A DNA stretch of 37,372 nt from assembly GCF_001194135.2 (NCBI RefSeq), contig NC_068983.1:126685153-126722524 (forward strand), in the 5' to 3' direction. The notes under the pieces were generated by a model, which searched no databases, was not told where the DNA came from, and saw only the letters and a list, made by a program, of their open reading frames with translations. A program made the position numbers and the translations under genes. Source of the stretch: Octopus bimaculoides. Taxonomy: Eukaryota. Shown one piece after another: positions 9,940 through 21,130 of the stretch (positions within the stretch are counted from its first letter, which is position 1; every line of letters begins with the position of its first letter).

Positions 9940-11245
9940 CATTATATCAGGTCTGTTTATTTCTAGGTACTAGTTTGAAGTGGAGGGCTATTTATCACAG
10001 TGCTACTCTATACGTCAGTCTTTTAAATGTGTTACAGCAAGTAACGATAGATGCCAAGAACCCTCTTAATTTCCTAACTATCCTAGCTGTCTTCTGCAGC
10101 TGTACTAAAATGGGTTTTATGCCTATTTCCTCTATCCATCTGTTCAGATCTTTTGGGATAGTTCCCAATGCACCTATAACTACTGGGATACATTCCCCCC
10201 CCCATTTTTCATAGTCTCTGTAGTTCAATAGCTAGGCCTTGGTACTTTGCTATTTTTGCTATACTTCTCATATTAATGTTTTCATCATTTTTGTCAGTAA
10301 AGTCAATTATCCGGCACTTTCTATTCTCTTTATCTTCTACCAAATCAGGCTTTTTAGCTTCTATTACTGTGTCATCTGAATGTTAACGTCCCACAAAATC
10401 TTGTACTTCTTACTTTCTAGTACTTTACTAGGTTCATATTCATACCATTTATCAGTATGTTCAGATACTAGCTTTCTACAAAGCTCCCATCAGATTGCTC
10501 TCCCTAGATTGTCATGTCTTTTCTTCTATTCTTTCTGTTCCATTCACTTAATGTATGAGTAACGTTTTCCTCTTTTGATTTGCATAATCTATATTGGAAG
10601 TCTACTTGGTTCATGTCTATTTTGCTTTTATCCAATTAGTTAACAATGTTTGATCTTGTGCAGCTACTAATAAGCTGTCTGCCTCCCTCTTCAGCTTTCC
10701 CTTCTGCAGCAATAACCATGTCTCGCTACTACTATTTGCTGAAACTATCTTTGGGAATCTACCATGCCACGCCTCTCATGCCTGTCAGATAATTGCTCTT
10801 CTTTTTCTGGTTTTCAAGTTTGTTTGGTGTTTTGCTTTTCCTATGTCTTGCTGTGACTCTAGCAACTTTTAATAAACTTTCTTCACTATTACCTACGTAG
10901 GAGTCTATCTATATCTACTGTAGCTAACTCCACGCAGTCTTCCATTGATATTAACTGTCTTCCACCTTCCAATCTAGGTAGGTATAATCTTGCTACTCGT
11001 GCCCTTGGGTGGAGTCCTCCATTCATATTGAATTCCTACCTAGTTCTTCTGTCTAGCTTTGCTAATTCAGTTTTTGTCCAATCGACAAAAGCTGCTCAGT
11101 ATCTAAGTAATGAAACTGCCCAAGTATTTACAGCCTTCACTAGATTCCGACCATTTAGCTTTGACGTCGTTAGCTCTCTGCTTTCAATGATTTCAAAAAT
11201 TTGGCCATCTGGTAATTGGATGCCTTCGTTGTTGACTACCTTCTC
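9940..11245 (-). mobile_element. R4/Dong-type RLE LINE, 5'-truncated and decayed (copy B): RT end, thumb, Zn-knuckle, restriction-like endonuclease
   Basis: KLNGRNLVKAVNTWAVSLLRY; GLHPRARVARLYLPRLEGGR; EADSLLVAAQDQ; RLC...EENVTH; RHDNL; WYEYEPSKVLE...ILWD; KPDL; IIDF; AKYQGLAIEL; CIPVVIGALGTIPKDL. Confidence 0.92.
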
Positions 11246-12226
11246 ATGACTGATATTGCACACTTATTTATATCAAATCCCATGCTTGTATCTTTGCTGA
11301 GTATCGTTACTTTTCCATCCTCCTGCATAACTTTACTTGGTACATGCTCATACTAGTTCTCTGTTACTTCATATTGGTATGTACGGCATAAGAGCCAATG
11401 AAGATACACTCACATTTTGTCGTGGCGACGCTTGTATTCTTTATGTGCAAGGCTCTCACATCCACTTACCAAGTGGGTCACGTTTTCCACACTCCTTCCC
11501 CTGAGTTTGCATTTCTGGGTGTCAGAGGTTTTATAGATGTTATACTTCACTGAATTGGTAGCGAGAGCCTGGTCTTGTGCAGCAATGATCAGGCTTTCGC
11601 TGGTACGCTTCAAATCACCTCGCTCACGCCATGCACACGATGTTGTACTATCCTTAACGTCATGTGTGCTCTTTTCAAACTATACAAGCATTCTTATTTT
11701 GAGGTCTTCTTTTCTCTTCTCCTCAGCTCTTAGATTAAACCCTATCTTGCCCACCATTTCATCTACATTTGCACCCTTATCTTTCGCGACATATTGCTGC
11801 ACGTCTTCATCACTATTTATCAAATACTCGCCAAGCATTCTCCTTTCACTCCTTATACAATGGTCTATACTAATTAGTCCTCTGCCACCATATTTTCTTT
11901 TCATATACAGTCTGTTCACGTTTGTTTTAGGGTATAGCGGCCCATGCAGTGTCATCAAATTTCTCGTCTACTCATCCATATATCCAATGTTGATATTTCT
12001 TCCATAGTCCATTTGAGGATGGATACCCTATATATGGCCACCGCAACTGCCCAGATATTCATTGTGGTAATCACATTTTTGGCATTCGGGTTGGATTTCA
12101 AGACCATCTTCACCCTTTTTTTTATACGCTTCATTTAAATATCTAGATACACTACCATCGGGTGTCCCTACCACACTTCTGAACTGTTTTGGTTAAGGAA
12201 TGTATTTGTTTTACAGATTTCCCAAA
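11246..12226 (-). mobile_element. R4/Dong-type RLE LINE fragment (copy A): late RT to start of endonuclease
   Basis: FGKSVKQIHSLTKTV; TTMNIWAVAV; LHGPLYPKTNVNRLYMKRKYGGRGLISI; SESLIIAAQDQALATN...ENVTHLVSGCESLAHKEYKRRHD; YLHWLLC...EHVPSKV. Confidence 0.92.
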
Positions 12227-12235
12227 ATTATCATT

Positions 12236-12271
<36 letters not shown>

Positions 12272-12272
12272 T

Positions 12273-12322
<50 letters not shown>
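12227..12322. repeat. (ATC)n/(ATT)n microsatellite; 3' tail or target of LINE copy C
   Basis: Read directly. Confidence 0.97.
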
Positions 12323-12325
<3 letters not shown>

Positions 12326-12836
12326 TTGTCTTATTTTTATCACGTGCTTTCACTGCACTACCGTGCACAACTCTGTATGCTTTGGGTATATGTTGTGGTT
12401 TGTTGTGATGCTCTTATGGTTACTGCACTGAGAGTGTTTTACGTAGGATGTGTGCAGTGTCTAGTAGTACTATTTCCTGTATGTTATATATATTCGTTAG
12501 TCCTGTTGTTTTTGTTATATATTTGTATGAATATTTTTTTCATCAAGCCTAATGCGTCTACTATGATAGGAATTGTTTCTCTCTTTAGACTCCACATTCG
12601 AGTTACCTCTATTACCTCTTTGTATTTTGTAAGTTCCTCCATTTCTTTTGTCATCTGTTGGTATTGATACATCAATTAGAAAGCACTTTTTCTTGATCTC
12701 CAGCTTGTTGGCCTTAATTTCTCTATCTGTCTATATTGGCATATCCCAAAGTGTGGGTGCTTTCTCTTTTCCGTGACCTTTTCTGGCGTGTGCCTAAACT
12801 ATCTTTTTCTGTTGTTATTCCATAGTGTTGGCATAG
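12323..12836 (-). mobile_element. R4/Dong-type LINE 3' fragment (copy C), flanked by (TAA)n on both sides
   Basis: KLCQHYGITTEK...; TLWDMP / TDREIKANK; CFLIDVSIPTD; LTKYKEVIEVTRMWSLKRETIPIIVDALG; followed by 3' UTR. Confidence 0.9.
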
Positions 12837-12837
12837 C

Positions 12838-12839
12838 TT

Positions 12840-12906
<67 letters not shown>
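12838..12906. repeat. (ATT)n microsatellite
   Basis: Read directly. Confidence 0.97.
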
Positions 12907-12907
<1 letters not shown>

Positions 12908-13530
12908 GGCTCTCATTGTGATTATTGCTAACACGTCACCTATCACAAATAGTAACTTTTTAAAACGTTTTAAAGTAATTACACGTAAATGAGTATAAAA
13001 CAAAAAAATCATGCGCAAATATTCTTAGTGATAGAGTCTGCTTTGCTTCTTCGTTTCTATCACTTATATAAAACATTACACTGCCGCCAGCGGGAAATAC
13101 TATAACGCATCTATTCTCAACTCTGTATATAAAGCAGCTTCAACAATGCCACTTAACAATAATATAATTTTCTGCACCCAGGGCATCATAACCTTAATAA
13201 ATAATGCTCCATTCAACAGAAGGCGCCAATATGTCCACCGCTGGTATCCTGAAGGAGCGCAAGCATTCACTTGTGCGTCCTCTAGCTAATTACGGAAGGA
13301 AATCGCTGACAACAGGATAAATTACTGAACATGTTTTATCCGTTTCTAGTGAGTGCAATATGAAAAGTGAATGAATTCTAAGAGGGAAACAATCGTGTAA
13401 ATACTAAGAAATATGAAATTCGCAGAGGTAGGGAATGTTCGATGCAGCTTCTGTACATTTTTGATTAGATTGGAAGAGAGATTCATGCACCATGTACTTG
13501 AACTTAAAGAATGTCTTCCACAGATAAATA

Positions 13531-13935
13531 CCAGCAGATATCAAAAAGTTGCCTGGTAGTTCTGTAGCATGCCAACAGATGGCAACACATGAATGCGTGT
13601 GAAGGGAGAGCTAACGGTGACCTTCATGAGGTAGTGTGCTAAGTGACATTGAAATGTTTACTTCGCAAGTTGTGAAATTTGTGATTTTGTAATGATGTGT
13701 ATGCTGTAGTCTGCAAAATTTCTTGGACAGGAACAAAGAGCCAACATGCAATTTTGTCTTAAACTTTGGAAGTCTGCTACAGAGACATTGGGCATATTTT
13801 CGCAGAACGACGAAGCAATGGGTCGTACGCAATGTTTCGAGTGGAACGGCACTTTCAAAAGAGGAATACCATCCCTGGAAGACGATGATCAATCTGGAAG
13901 ACCTGCCACGAACGTCACCAACAAAAATGTGCAAT
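13531..13935 (+). mobile_element. Mariner 5' part: decayed TIR and N-terminal HTH of transposase
   Basis: EQRANMQFCLKLWKSATETLGIFSQ.DEAMGRTQCFEW...FKRG..SLEDDDQSGRP; decayed TIR after TA at 13529-13530. Confidence 0.88.
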
Positions 13936-15564
13936 TGTGCATTGAGAATTCGTAACGATTATTTTAATATTTCTGTGTGCCTTTTAATTTCAATTTCAAC
14001 AATACCGTTCCCGAATCCTATTAACCCATTAATGTTTTCGGACCTTTATGCTTTAACGTCATAAAAAAGTCAGAATAAATCTAGAATGCTATCCAAGTGC
14101 TTTGCTGATGGTCACAACTGATAACAGGAATGCTTCTAAATGTGATTACATTTATCAACGCAGATTTCGGAACTAAGCAATCGCACGTCGTATTGTTCAT
14201 GATTTAACCTGCTTTGGAGTTTGATTTTGGTTAGTAATTTGCTATTCGTAAACAACCGCATATATTTTTCTCATTTAATAGTAGTTAAATTCCTATGAGC
14301 AAATGATGTCAATTTGATTGGGTTCAGTTGAATTAAAACGAAAGGAGTAAACGAAAACAAAAAGTCAAGCATATTATCTAAAGCTGAAAATAATGATGAG
14401 TGGTTATAGTTTAATTTGTGAAAGACTTTCCATTAACGAGCTGTAACATAAATTACTGTGTCTTTTAGACATCATTAAGCATTTGTGTAGCATTGTGCTA
14501 AGTATTAAGTTTTTCCCACATCTAAGTGATTTTTTTTTATTGTTATAATGATATTGCAGGAAGAATTTTTTCTTCGTTCTCCTTATTCCTTCAAAAACCT
14601 TCTAACTAACATATTTGGTATCGCTGTATGATGTATTGTTATTTATTCTTCAGTCTCTCTGTTTATCTCTAACATTTATAAGTAATAACATTTCCTCCAC
14701 ATTTTAGTTTGACGGAGGATAATAGCCACAGAAGCGATTTTATATGCTGTGTGGTTACTACATCAGCATATACATTTATTTGGTTACTTTCTCTCCATTA
14801 AAACTATTATTTCTCATGTTCTGCTTCGTGAAACTGCTTATAAAGACAGTTTACTGATTGATATTGGAAATGAGCTTTGCGCTTTGTTCACACTTTAAAA
14901 ATGTTTTCACAACTCCCATGTTTTCATAGATACAGCCCAGTCAGTATTTTCAAAACATTTTATCATTTTCGTTACACATTATACTTTGTAAACAAGTCAA
15001 TTTTACACACCTTTACTTTTATTTTATGGATGTTTGCTGATAATAGTTTTCCGTGATTTTAGCCTAGGACAGCAATGTGAATTACAGTTAAAACGTCATA
15101 TGTGTAAACATTTAAATTAAATTATCACTTTAAGCATGACTGTGTATCTTCACCCACACCCAGCAAGCTAACTGGATTAAAATTTCCTGGTGGTAATATT
15201 CACAACGCATATGATGCTTCCTGTCAATAGGCAATTAATTGCATATTTTAGTCATTAGTTATCTTGAAGCTGCCACTTGTATTTTCATTTTCATAGATTT
15301 GTTGTTTCGTTTATTTTTTCAACTCTATCATAATGCTAGCTATCCCAACGTCTATTTTATTCCTTGATTTGTTTTACATTTATTTCTCTCATTTTACCGG
15401 GGTGGGCTGAAAGATTCACAGGATGACAATGAAGGAGTGCTACTAGAGCTGTGAAATCTTGCGTGTATTGATTTCGACTTTTATTAGTAACTGCATTATT
15501 TTTTCCCATGTAAACTAGATATTTCACGTTCAAAGATTTCAAATGCAACTAGTAGAGAATCTCT

Positions 15565-16145
15565 TGAAAATTGACAAAATTTGGCATTGTGGTGTTATCA
15601 TGTACCAGCAGAAAAGTGATTGCCACATTAGAAGATGACGCTCCAACTTTAGTGGTGAAATATTTGACTGCTGCGTTTAGGAGAGGAAGAGAGATTTTTG
15701 AAGGTGACCCCAAAGTTTGGCCGTCTTTAAACTGCCATCACCGAGGAAAAAATTTACCGTGGTAATGGTTGACAGGTGATTGACTATAAATCAAATACTC
15801 AATGCTATTGGTATATTTTGTGACAAAGTTGAGAATGCTGTGTACAATGAACTTGGTATGGTGATGGTGGGGGCTTCGGCTTCTGACACTTGATAAAAAG
15901 CACACAAGGCTGATCACATCACGGGAAAATATGACATCGTTTGAGACAGATATAGCTGTTTTACTTGAACGTTTCCTAAGCCATGGTGAGTGAGGATTCA
16001 ACACTTTGAGCCAGAGATAAAGATACAATTTATGCAGTGAAAATATCTCTCCTTACCGGTTCCAAAGAAGGCCAAGGTTGTTTCGTCTACCGAGAAGTTA
16101 ATCTGCTCAGTATTGAGGGATTCAAAATGCATTGTGTTTATTGAC

Positions 16146-16147
<2 letters not shown>
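15565..16147 (+). mobile_element. Mariner transposase remnant (HTH through first catalytic Asp region)
   Basis: DKIWHCGVI; ATLEDDAP; AAFRRGRE; LTINQILNAIGI...NELGM; LLTLDKKHTRLITSREN; HFEPEIK; PKKAKVVSSTEKLICSVLRDSKCIVFIDY. Confidence 0.88.

Positions 16148-16203
<56 letters not shown>
16147..16203. repeat. (ATT)n microsatellite
   Basis: Read directly. Confidence 0.97.
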
Positions 16204-16205
<2 letters not shown>

Positions 16206-17060
16206 AGTTGTTACTATTATAATTATCCATTATTTCTATATGTGGAATGTATTTTATTTTATCATTATAACCAGCATTAGCTAATGCTATATCGTATTGG
16301 TCTTCAGGTTTATTAAATATTTCTTCATTGGAAGATGAGTAAGATATTCTTTTGCTAATACTTTAGGAATATATCCATTTAATATCTGAGTTAGTTTTTT
16401 TTTTTAAAGTTTATGTAGTCCTGTTGCTAAATTAATGTTAGCATCTAAGAAATTAATAGAGTTATATTCTCTCTCTCAATAGAGATAGTAAGGCCGAATT
16501 TACAGTCGTTTCTTAATAAGTTTCATACATCTATTACAGAAGTTTTTTTTTTGTTACAAGGAACAATGCATAGTCCCTATATAATCCTCCCTCAATCTCT
16601 GGGAATTCATCATGTAGCATAGAGAGAAGATAAATTCCCACTAAGTCAGTTAGCTGCGCAGAATCTGGAAGACCCATTGTTGCATCAAGACAGTCAGAGT
16701 TATCTTTCCTTGCCCAATATTTGTTATCAAATTTTATAAATGATCTACTTGCTGTAAGAATTACTTTAATTTCCTTTATAGATATATTCCTATTTTTCTC
16801 GAGCAAATAATAGAGTGCTATTTAATAATGTAGGATTTATAGAGGAATATTATCAATATGAATCTGCAGAAATCTGTATTTGCTTTTACTCTGAATATTA
16901 GAAAACCAAGTTAGTGCGTTTTGAGTATTAGGTCATAATTCTACAGCTATTTTATTTTTTAAGTGAATGTATATATTTGTCAAGGATAATTTTACTTAGT
17001 TTGCCTAAATCAGATTTTGCAGGGCATGTAAATCTAATCTTAGGTTCAGTAAAAAAAATA
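16204..17060 (-). mobile_element. Penelope-like element reverse transcriptase remnant (YRDD-type)
   Basis: PAKSDLGKLSKIILDK; PNTQNALTWFSNI; DATMGLPDSAQLTDLVGIYLL...GGLYRDY; INFLDANINL; KRISYSSSNEEIFNK...YDIALANAGYNDKIKY. Confidence 0.85.
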
Positions 17061-17098
17061 TTTTCTCTGTAGTCCTTAAGCGAGATGCGGGGCCTTAC

Positions 17099-17445
17099 AG
17101 ATACAAAATGATGTCACCAACAATAAACAACATGAAATACGAAAACAAATGAGTTCAATACGTAAACAACGAGAGAGGCAAATGGAAAACAGGACAAATA
17201 ATACGAAGAACGACCTTTCATCAGCTGTCGGCTGTCTATTTACTCCTCATTTCGAGTATTGAGAGACAATATGATTATTCGAAGACAGTTGCTCCTACAA
17301 GTACCAAATTCAAATTTGGGAGTTATGGAGGGTCAAAGTTGGGGAGAAAAACAGAACAGTGGAGATATACAAGGAAACCTAACGAAAACAAACATGTCGT
17401 TAGACCAGAACAGGCGTAAAATAGTGAACGCTCGAGAAATATTTT
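17099..17445 (-). mobile_element. Repeat family C, copy 1 (homologous to 18604-18945), hammerhead-like motif at 17193-17229
   Basis: Collinear similarity to 18604-18945. Minus strand reads GACAG-CTGATGA-AAGGTCGTTCTT-CGTATTAT-TTGTC. GA-rich sequence continues to ~17760. Confidence 0.7.
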
Positions 17446-17564
17446 CTTTGACAAGAGAAAGGATAGGAGAGATAGAATACGTCCAATCCTTGGAACAAAC
17501 CTGAAAGAAAAGAAAGATGATCACGTGAGGAAAAGAAAGATGGACAATGGTCACATGTGAGCAA

Positions 17565-17565
17565 C

Positions 17566-17589
<24 letters not shown>
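17565..17589. repeat. (GA)n microsatellite
   Basis: Read directly. Confidence 0.95.
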
Positions 17590-17596
<7 letters not shown>

Positions 17597-17805
17597 AAAG
17601 AAGAGGAGAGATAAACAGATAGAAAACAGTGAAGGGGAGAAATAGGGATTTAGAGCAAAGGAAGAGAGAAAACGATGGTGAGGGTGGGGGAGAAAACAAT
17701 ACAGAGTAGAGTCACATCAGTAAGATTAAATAAACTTACTTGGAAATGGATGCGTTGCGTTCAGTCAAATAATTATATAAATAATATATGTATATATATA
17801 TATAT

Positions 17806-18590
17806 NNNNNNNNNNNNNNNNNNNNNNNNNNNNNNNNNNNNNNNNNNNNNNNNNNNNNNNNNNNNNNNNNNNNNNNNNNNNNNNNNNNNNNNNNNNNNNN
17901 NNNNNNNNNNNNNNNNNNNNNNNNNNNNNNNNNNNNNNNNNNNNNNNNNNNNNNNNNNNNNNNNNNNNNNNNNNNNNNNNNNNNNNNNNNNNNNNNNNNN
18001 NNNNNNNNNNNNNNNNNNNNNNNNNNNNNNNNNNNNNNNNNNNNNNNNNNNNNNNNNNNNNNNNNNNNNNNNNNNNNNNNNNNNNNNNNNNNNNNNNNNN
18101 NNNNNNNNNNNNNNNNNNNNNNNNNNNNNNNNNNNNNNNNNNNNNNNNNNNNNNNNNNNNNNNNNNNNNNNNNNNNNNNNNNNNNNNNNNNNNNNNNNNN
18201 NNNNNNNNNNNNNNNNNNNNNNNNNNNNNNNNNNNNNNNNNNNNNNNNNNNNNNNNNNNNNNNNNNNNNNNNNNNNNNNNNNNNNNNNNNNNNNNNNNNN
18301 NNNNNNNNNNNNNNNNNNNNNNNNNNNNNNNNNNNNNNNNNNNNNNNNNNNNNNNNNNNNNNNNNNNNNNNNNNNNNNNNNNNNNNNNNNNNNNNNNNNN
18401 NNNNNNNNNNNNNNNNNNNNNNNNNNNNNNNNNNNNNNNNNNNNNNNNNNNNNNNNNNNNNNNNNNNNNNNNNNNNNNNNNNNNNNNNNNNNNNNNNNNN
18501 NNNNNNNNNNNNNNNNNNNNNNNNNNNNNNNNNNNNNNNNNNNNNNNNNNNNNNNNNNNNNNNNNNNNNNNNNNNNNNNNNNNNNNNNNT
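17806..18590. other. Assembly gap flanked by (TA)n
   Basis: N-run. Confidence 0.99.
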
Positions 18591-18603
18591 ATATATGCAT
18601 ATA

Positions 18604-19040
18604 TGGGTACAAGACATCTCCAACAGTAAGCAACATGAAATATGATAGGAAATGAGTTCAATACGCAAACAACAAGAGTAAGAAATGGAAAACGGGGCAA
18701 GTAACTCAAAGAACGACCCTTCATCAGTTGTCGGCTCTCTATCTACACCTCATTTCGAGCACTGATCGAAAATATGAGTCTTCGAATACAGTTGCACCCA
18801 TAAGTACCAAAATCAAATTTGGGATTTATGGAGAGTAAGATTTTGGAACAAAAACAGGAGCATGGAGACATACAAGGAAACCAAACGATAATAAATATTG
18901 AGGGTCACTAGTAATGAACGGAGTTAAAATAGCGAATACTGGAGAAATATTTCCCCCTATTATTTCTCTCGCTGTTTGCTTATTGAACATATTTATCTTC
19001 GTATTTCATGTTGTTTACTGTTGGTGACGTTCTGTACCCA
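18604..19040. mobile_element. Repeat family C, copy 2: ~437-bp element with ~80-bp imperfect inverted arms, TA-rich on both sides
   Basis: 18604-18685 (tgggtacaagacatctccaacagtaagcaacatgaaat...) is the reverse complement of 18961-19040 (...atttcatgttgtttactgttggtgacgttctgtaccca). CTGATGA lies on the minus strand at 18721-18727. Confidence 0.85.
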
Positions 19041-19065
19041 TATATATATATATATATCCATCCAT

Positions 19066-19100
19066 CTGTGTGCATGTGTGTGTGTGTGTGTGTGTGTGTT
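19066..19100. repeat. (GT)n microsatellite
   Basis: Read directly. Confidence 0.93.
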
Positions 19101-19983
19101 TGCACACGCTTGGAAGTATGTAAGTAGGTATATCAGTTATTTTACTGACAACGCCAACTACCTCTCATGTGCAGCATTTGCAATCTTCATCCAACCTTTT
19201 GACAGATATATTGTACTGAGCATTGATTTGACTTCATTAGTGAATACATTCAACCTAATTCTATTTACTTGATGGCAGAGGTCTTTCTTCACAAAGCACA
19301 TTTTGTAAGAGAATGTCTTCTCTTTTCACTATTTCTAGTTCTTTACATATAAATTTATCACTATTTGATAGATATCCTTTGTTGATTTTGTAGGCGTTTT
19401 CTGTTTTTTAAATTTTTTTTTCTCATTGTTGTACATTCCAATTACGACTTGTGTTCGTTTATATTCTATTTATATATTTTTATTCTTGTATTTATATATT
19501 TTTATCTTCTATTTCTATATTTTTATCTTGATGTCTGATTATAAAAGATATTATCTAATTACTCTAGCGTTGTCAGCTATTTATTATTGGTTTCCTTTAA
19601 GTTTGTCCCATCACTTGCCAAATATATCTAAAGATGTACACATAGAATAGTATTCATTTTGTAATCCTATATGACCTTCTATTACGTTCAATTTTCGTTA
19701 TACTGCAGCGCAAATTCGAAATACTTCACTATTTATTTCTCCTAATCATTGTTTCAATTTTCTGAAAGGAACTATCAATATTCCTGGTCAAAATTTTGTT
19801 TTTTCCATAAGGTTCCAAGCAGGAGGTGTATCATAAACGAATTTATTCACTGAATTGTATTTGTAACCTTACATTAAATTTCATAAATACCTTATGTCAG
19901 CCATGCCGCTAATCAAATATGTAGATCACGCCACTACGTACTGTTAGGAATTATATATCCTGTTACTTACGTAAACGAAACAA

Positions 19984-20060
<77 letters not shown>
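19984..20060. repeat. (AAT)n microsatellite
   Basis: Read directly. Confidence 0.98.
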
Positions 20061-20062
<2 letters not shown>

Positions 20063-20959
20063 CCGAAAAAATAATGCTGTTATATCGTTTTATAAATGTA
20101 AAAAGTATTCTAATGCAAAATATAACGGTTCGGCTAAAACGTTTATAGAAATATATACATCATTTGAGAGGATCCCAAAGTCAACTGGGACGTTTCTACG
20201 TGGTTGTTTTTGACATAAAAGAGATAGAAGCCAAAACTATGAAATAATATGAGTCTCTTTTAATTTCTTTTCCCCGAAAAGAAAGAAAAAAAGAAACACC
20301 GAACACTTTTTAATTAGTCCTTGATAGATAGTGTCACGTGAAAAGTAATGGTATTTACTGGAATTCTAGCGATCAACACTTCATCAGATATGAACAACAC
20401 AAATGTTTCAGTAGCGTATTTCTTTATTATTAACTTTTTTGCCCAAGGAATAAAGAATTTTATTATTGTAGATAACATTTATTTGTGTTTGTTTTTTAGA
20501 AAATTTATTTGTTACCTTCACTCACACCGAAGAGAATGATTCAGATTGTATGTGAAGATGAAAGCGTGCACGAAGTTTCAGACTTCTGCAAATATTGCTT
20601 GATAGTGATCAGATGTAGTTGCCCTTTGTCATTGAATGAAAGAGGGAATTTTATTAGCGAAACGTTAATTGTGAAGCCATGACCTTGACAGGCAACACTA
20701 TTTCGAAACTCTCCACCACTTACGCTGATAAAATCAAAACACAAATATTATTCAACGTCTTGGCAATGAGGAATGAAACTAGAAATGAACGTCACAAAAA
20801 AAAAAAAACAGTGTACGGCCAAACAGTAATAATAAGGATGCTGATAGTTGTGGGAATGATAATGGTACTGCTGCAACTGATCATTTTAACAACAAAATAG
20901 CCACTACTAAAATACCAACAACAGTAACGAAAATATTTGTTTTTAAATGATGACACATT

Positions 20960-21130
20960 ACCAGTATTTTTGAGGATAGGGGGAGGTCGATTACATTAAC
21001 CTCAGGACTTGAACTAGTACTTATTTCATCGACCCCGAAATGATAAACCAATTTCGACTCAGAGCCTAAGGACGGACGAAATACCATCAATAATTTTTTT
21101 CCGACGTGCTAATGATTTTACCAGTTCACC
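20960..21130 (-). mobile_element. tRNA-derived SINE (decayed, internally deleted)
   Basis: Minus strand ...tcattagcacgtcgg...ggtatttcgtccgtc...ctgagtcgaaatt...catttcggggtcgatgaaataagtactag; same family as 29155-29345. Confidence 0.7.

Noticed and set aside
11537-12007. 156-aa plus-strand ORF
   Set aside because: It is the antisense shadow of the R4 LINE coding strand.
18730-18790. Type II hammerhead using the upstream gctcGAAA with the downstream CTGATGA
   Set aside because: Stems I and III cannot be formed in either copy. Only the type I arrangement is kept, and it is degenerate.
19150-19320. Minus-strand open frame YKMCFVKKDLCHQVNRIRL...
   Set aside because: About 50 codons with weak splice sites and no recognisable motif; within chance expectation.
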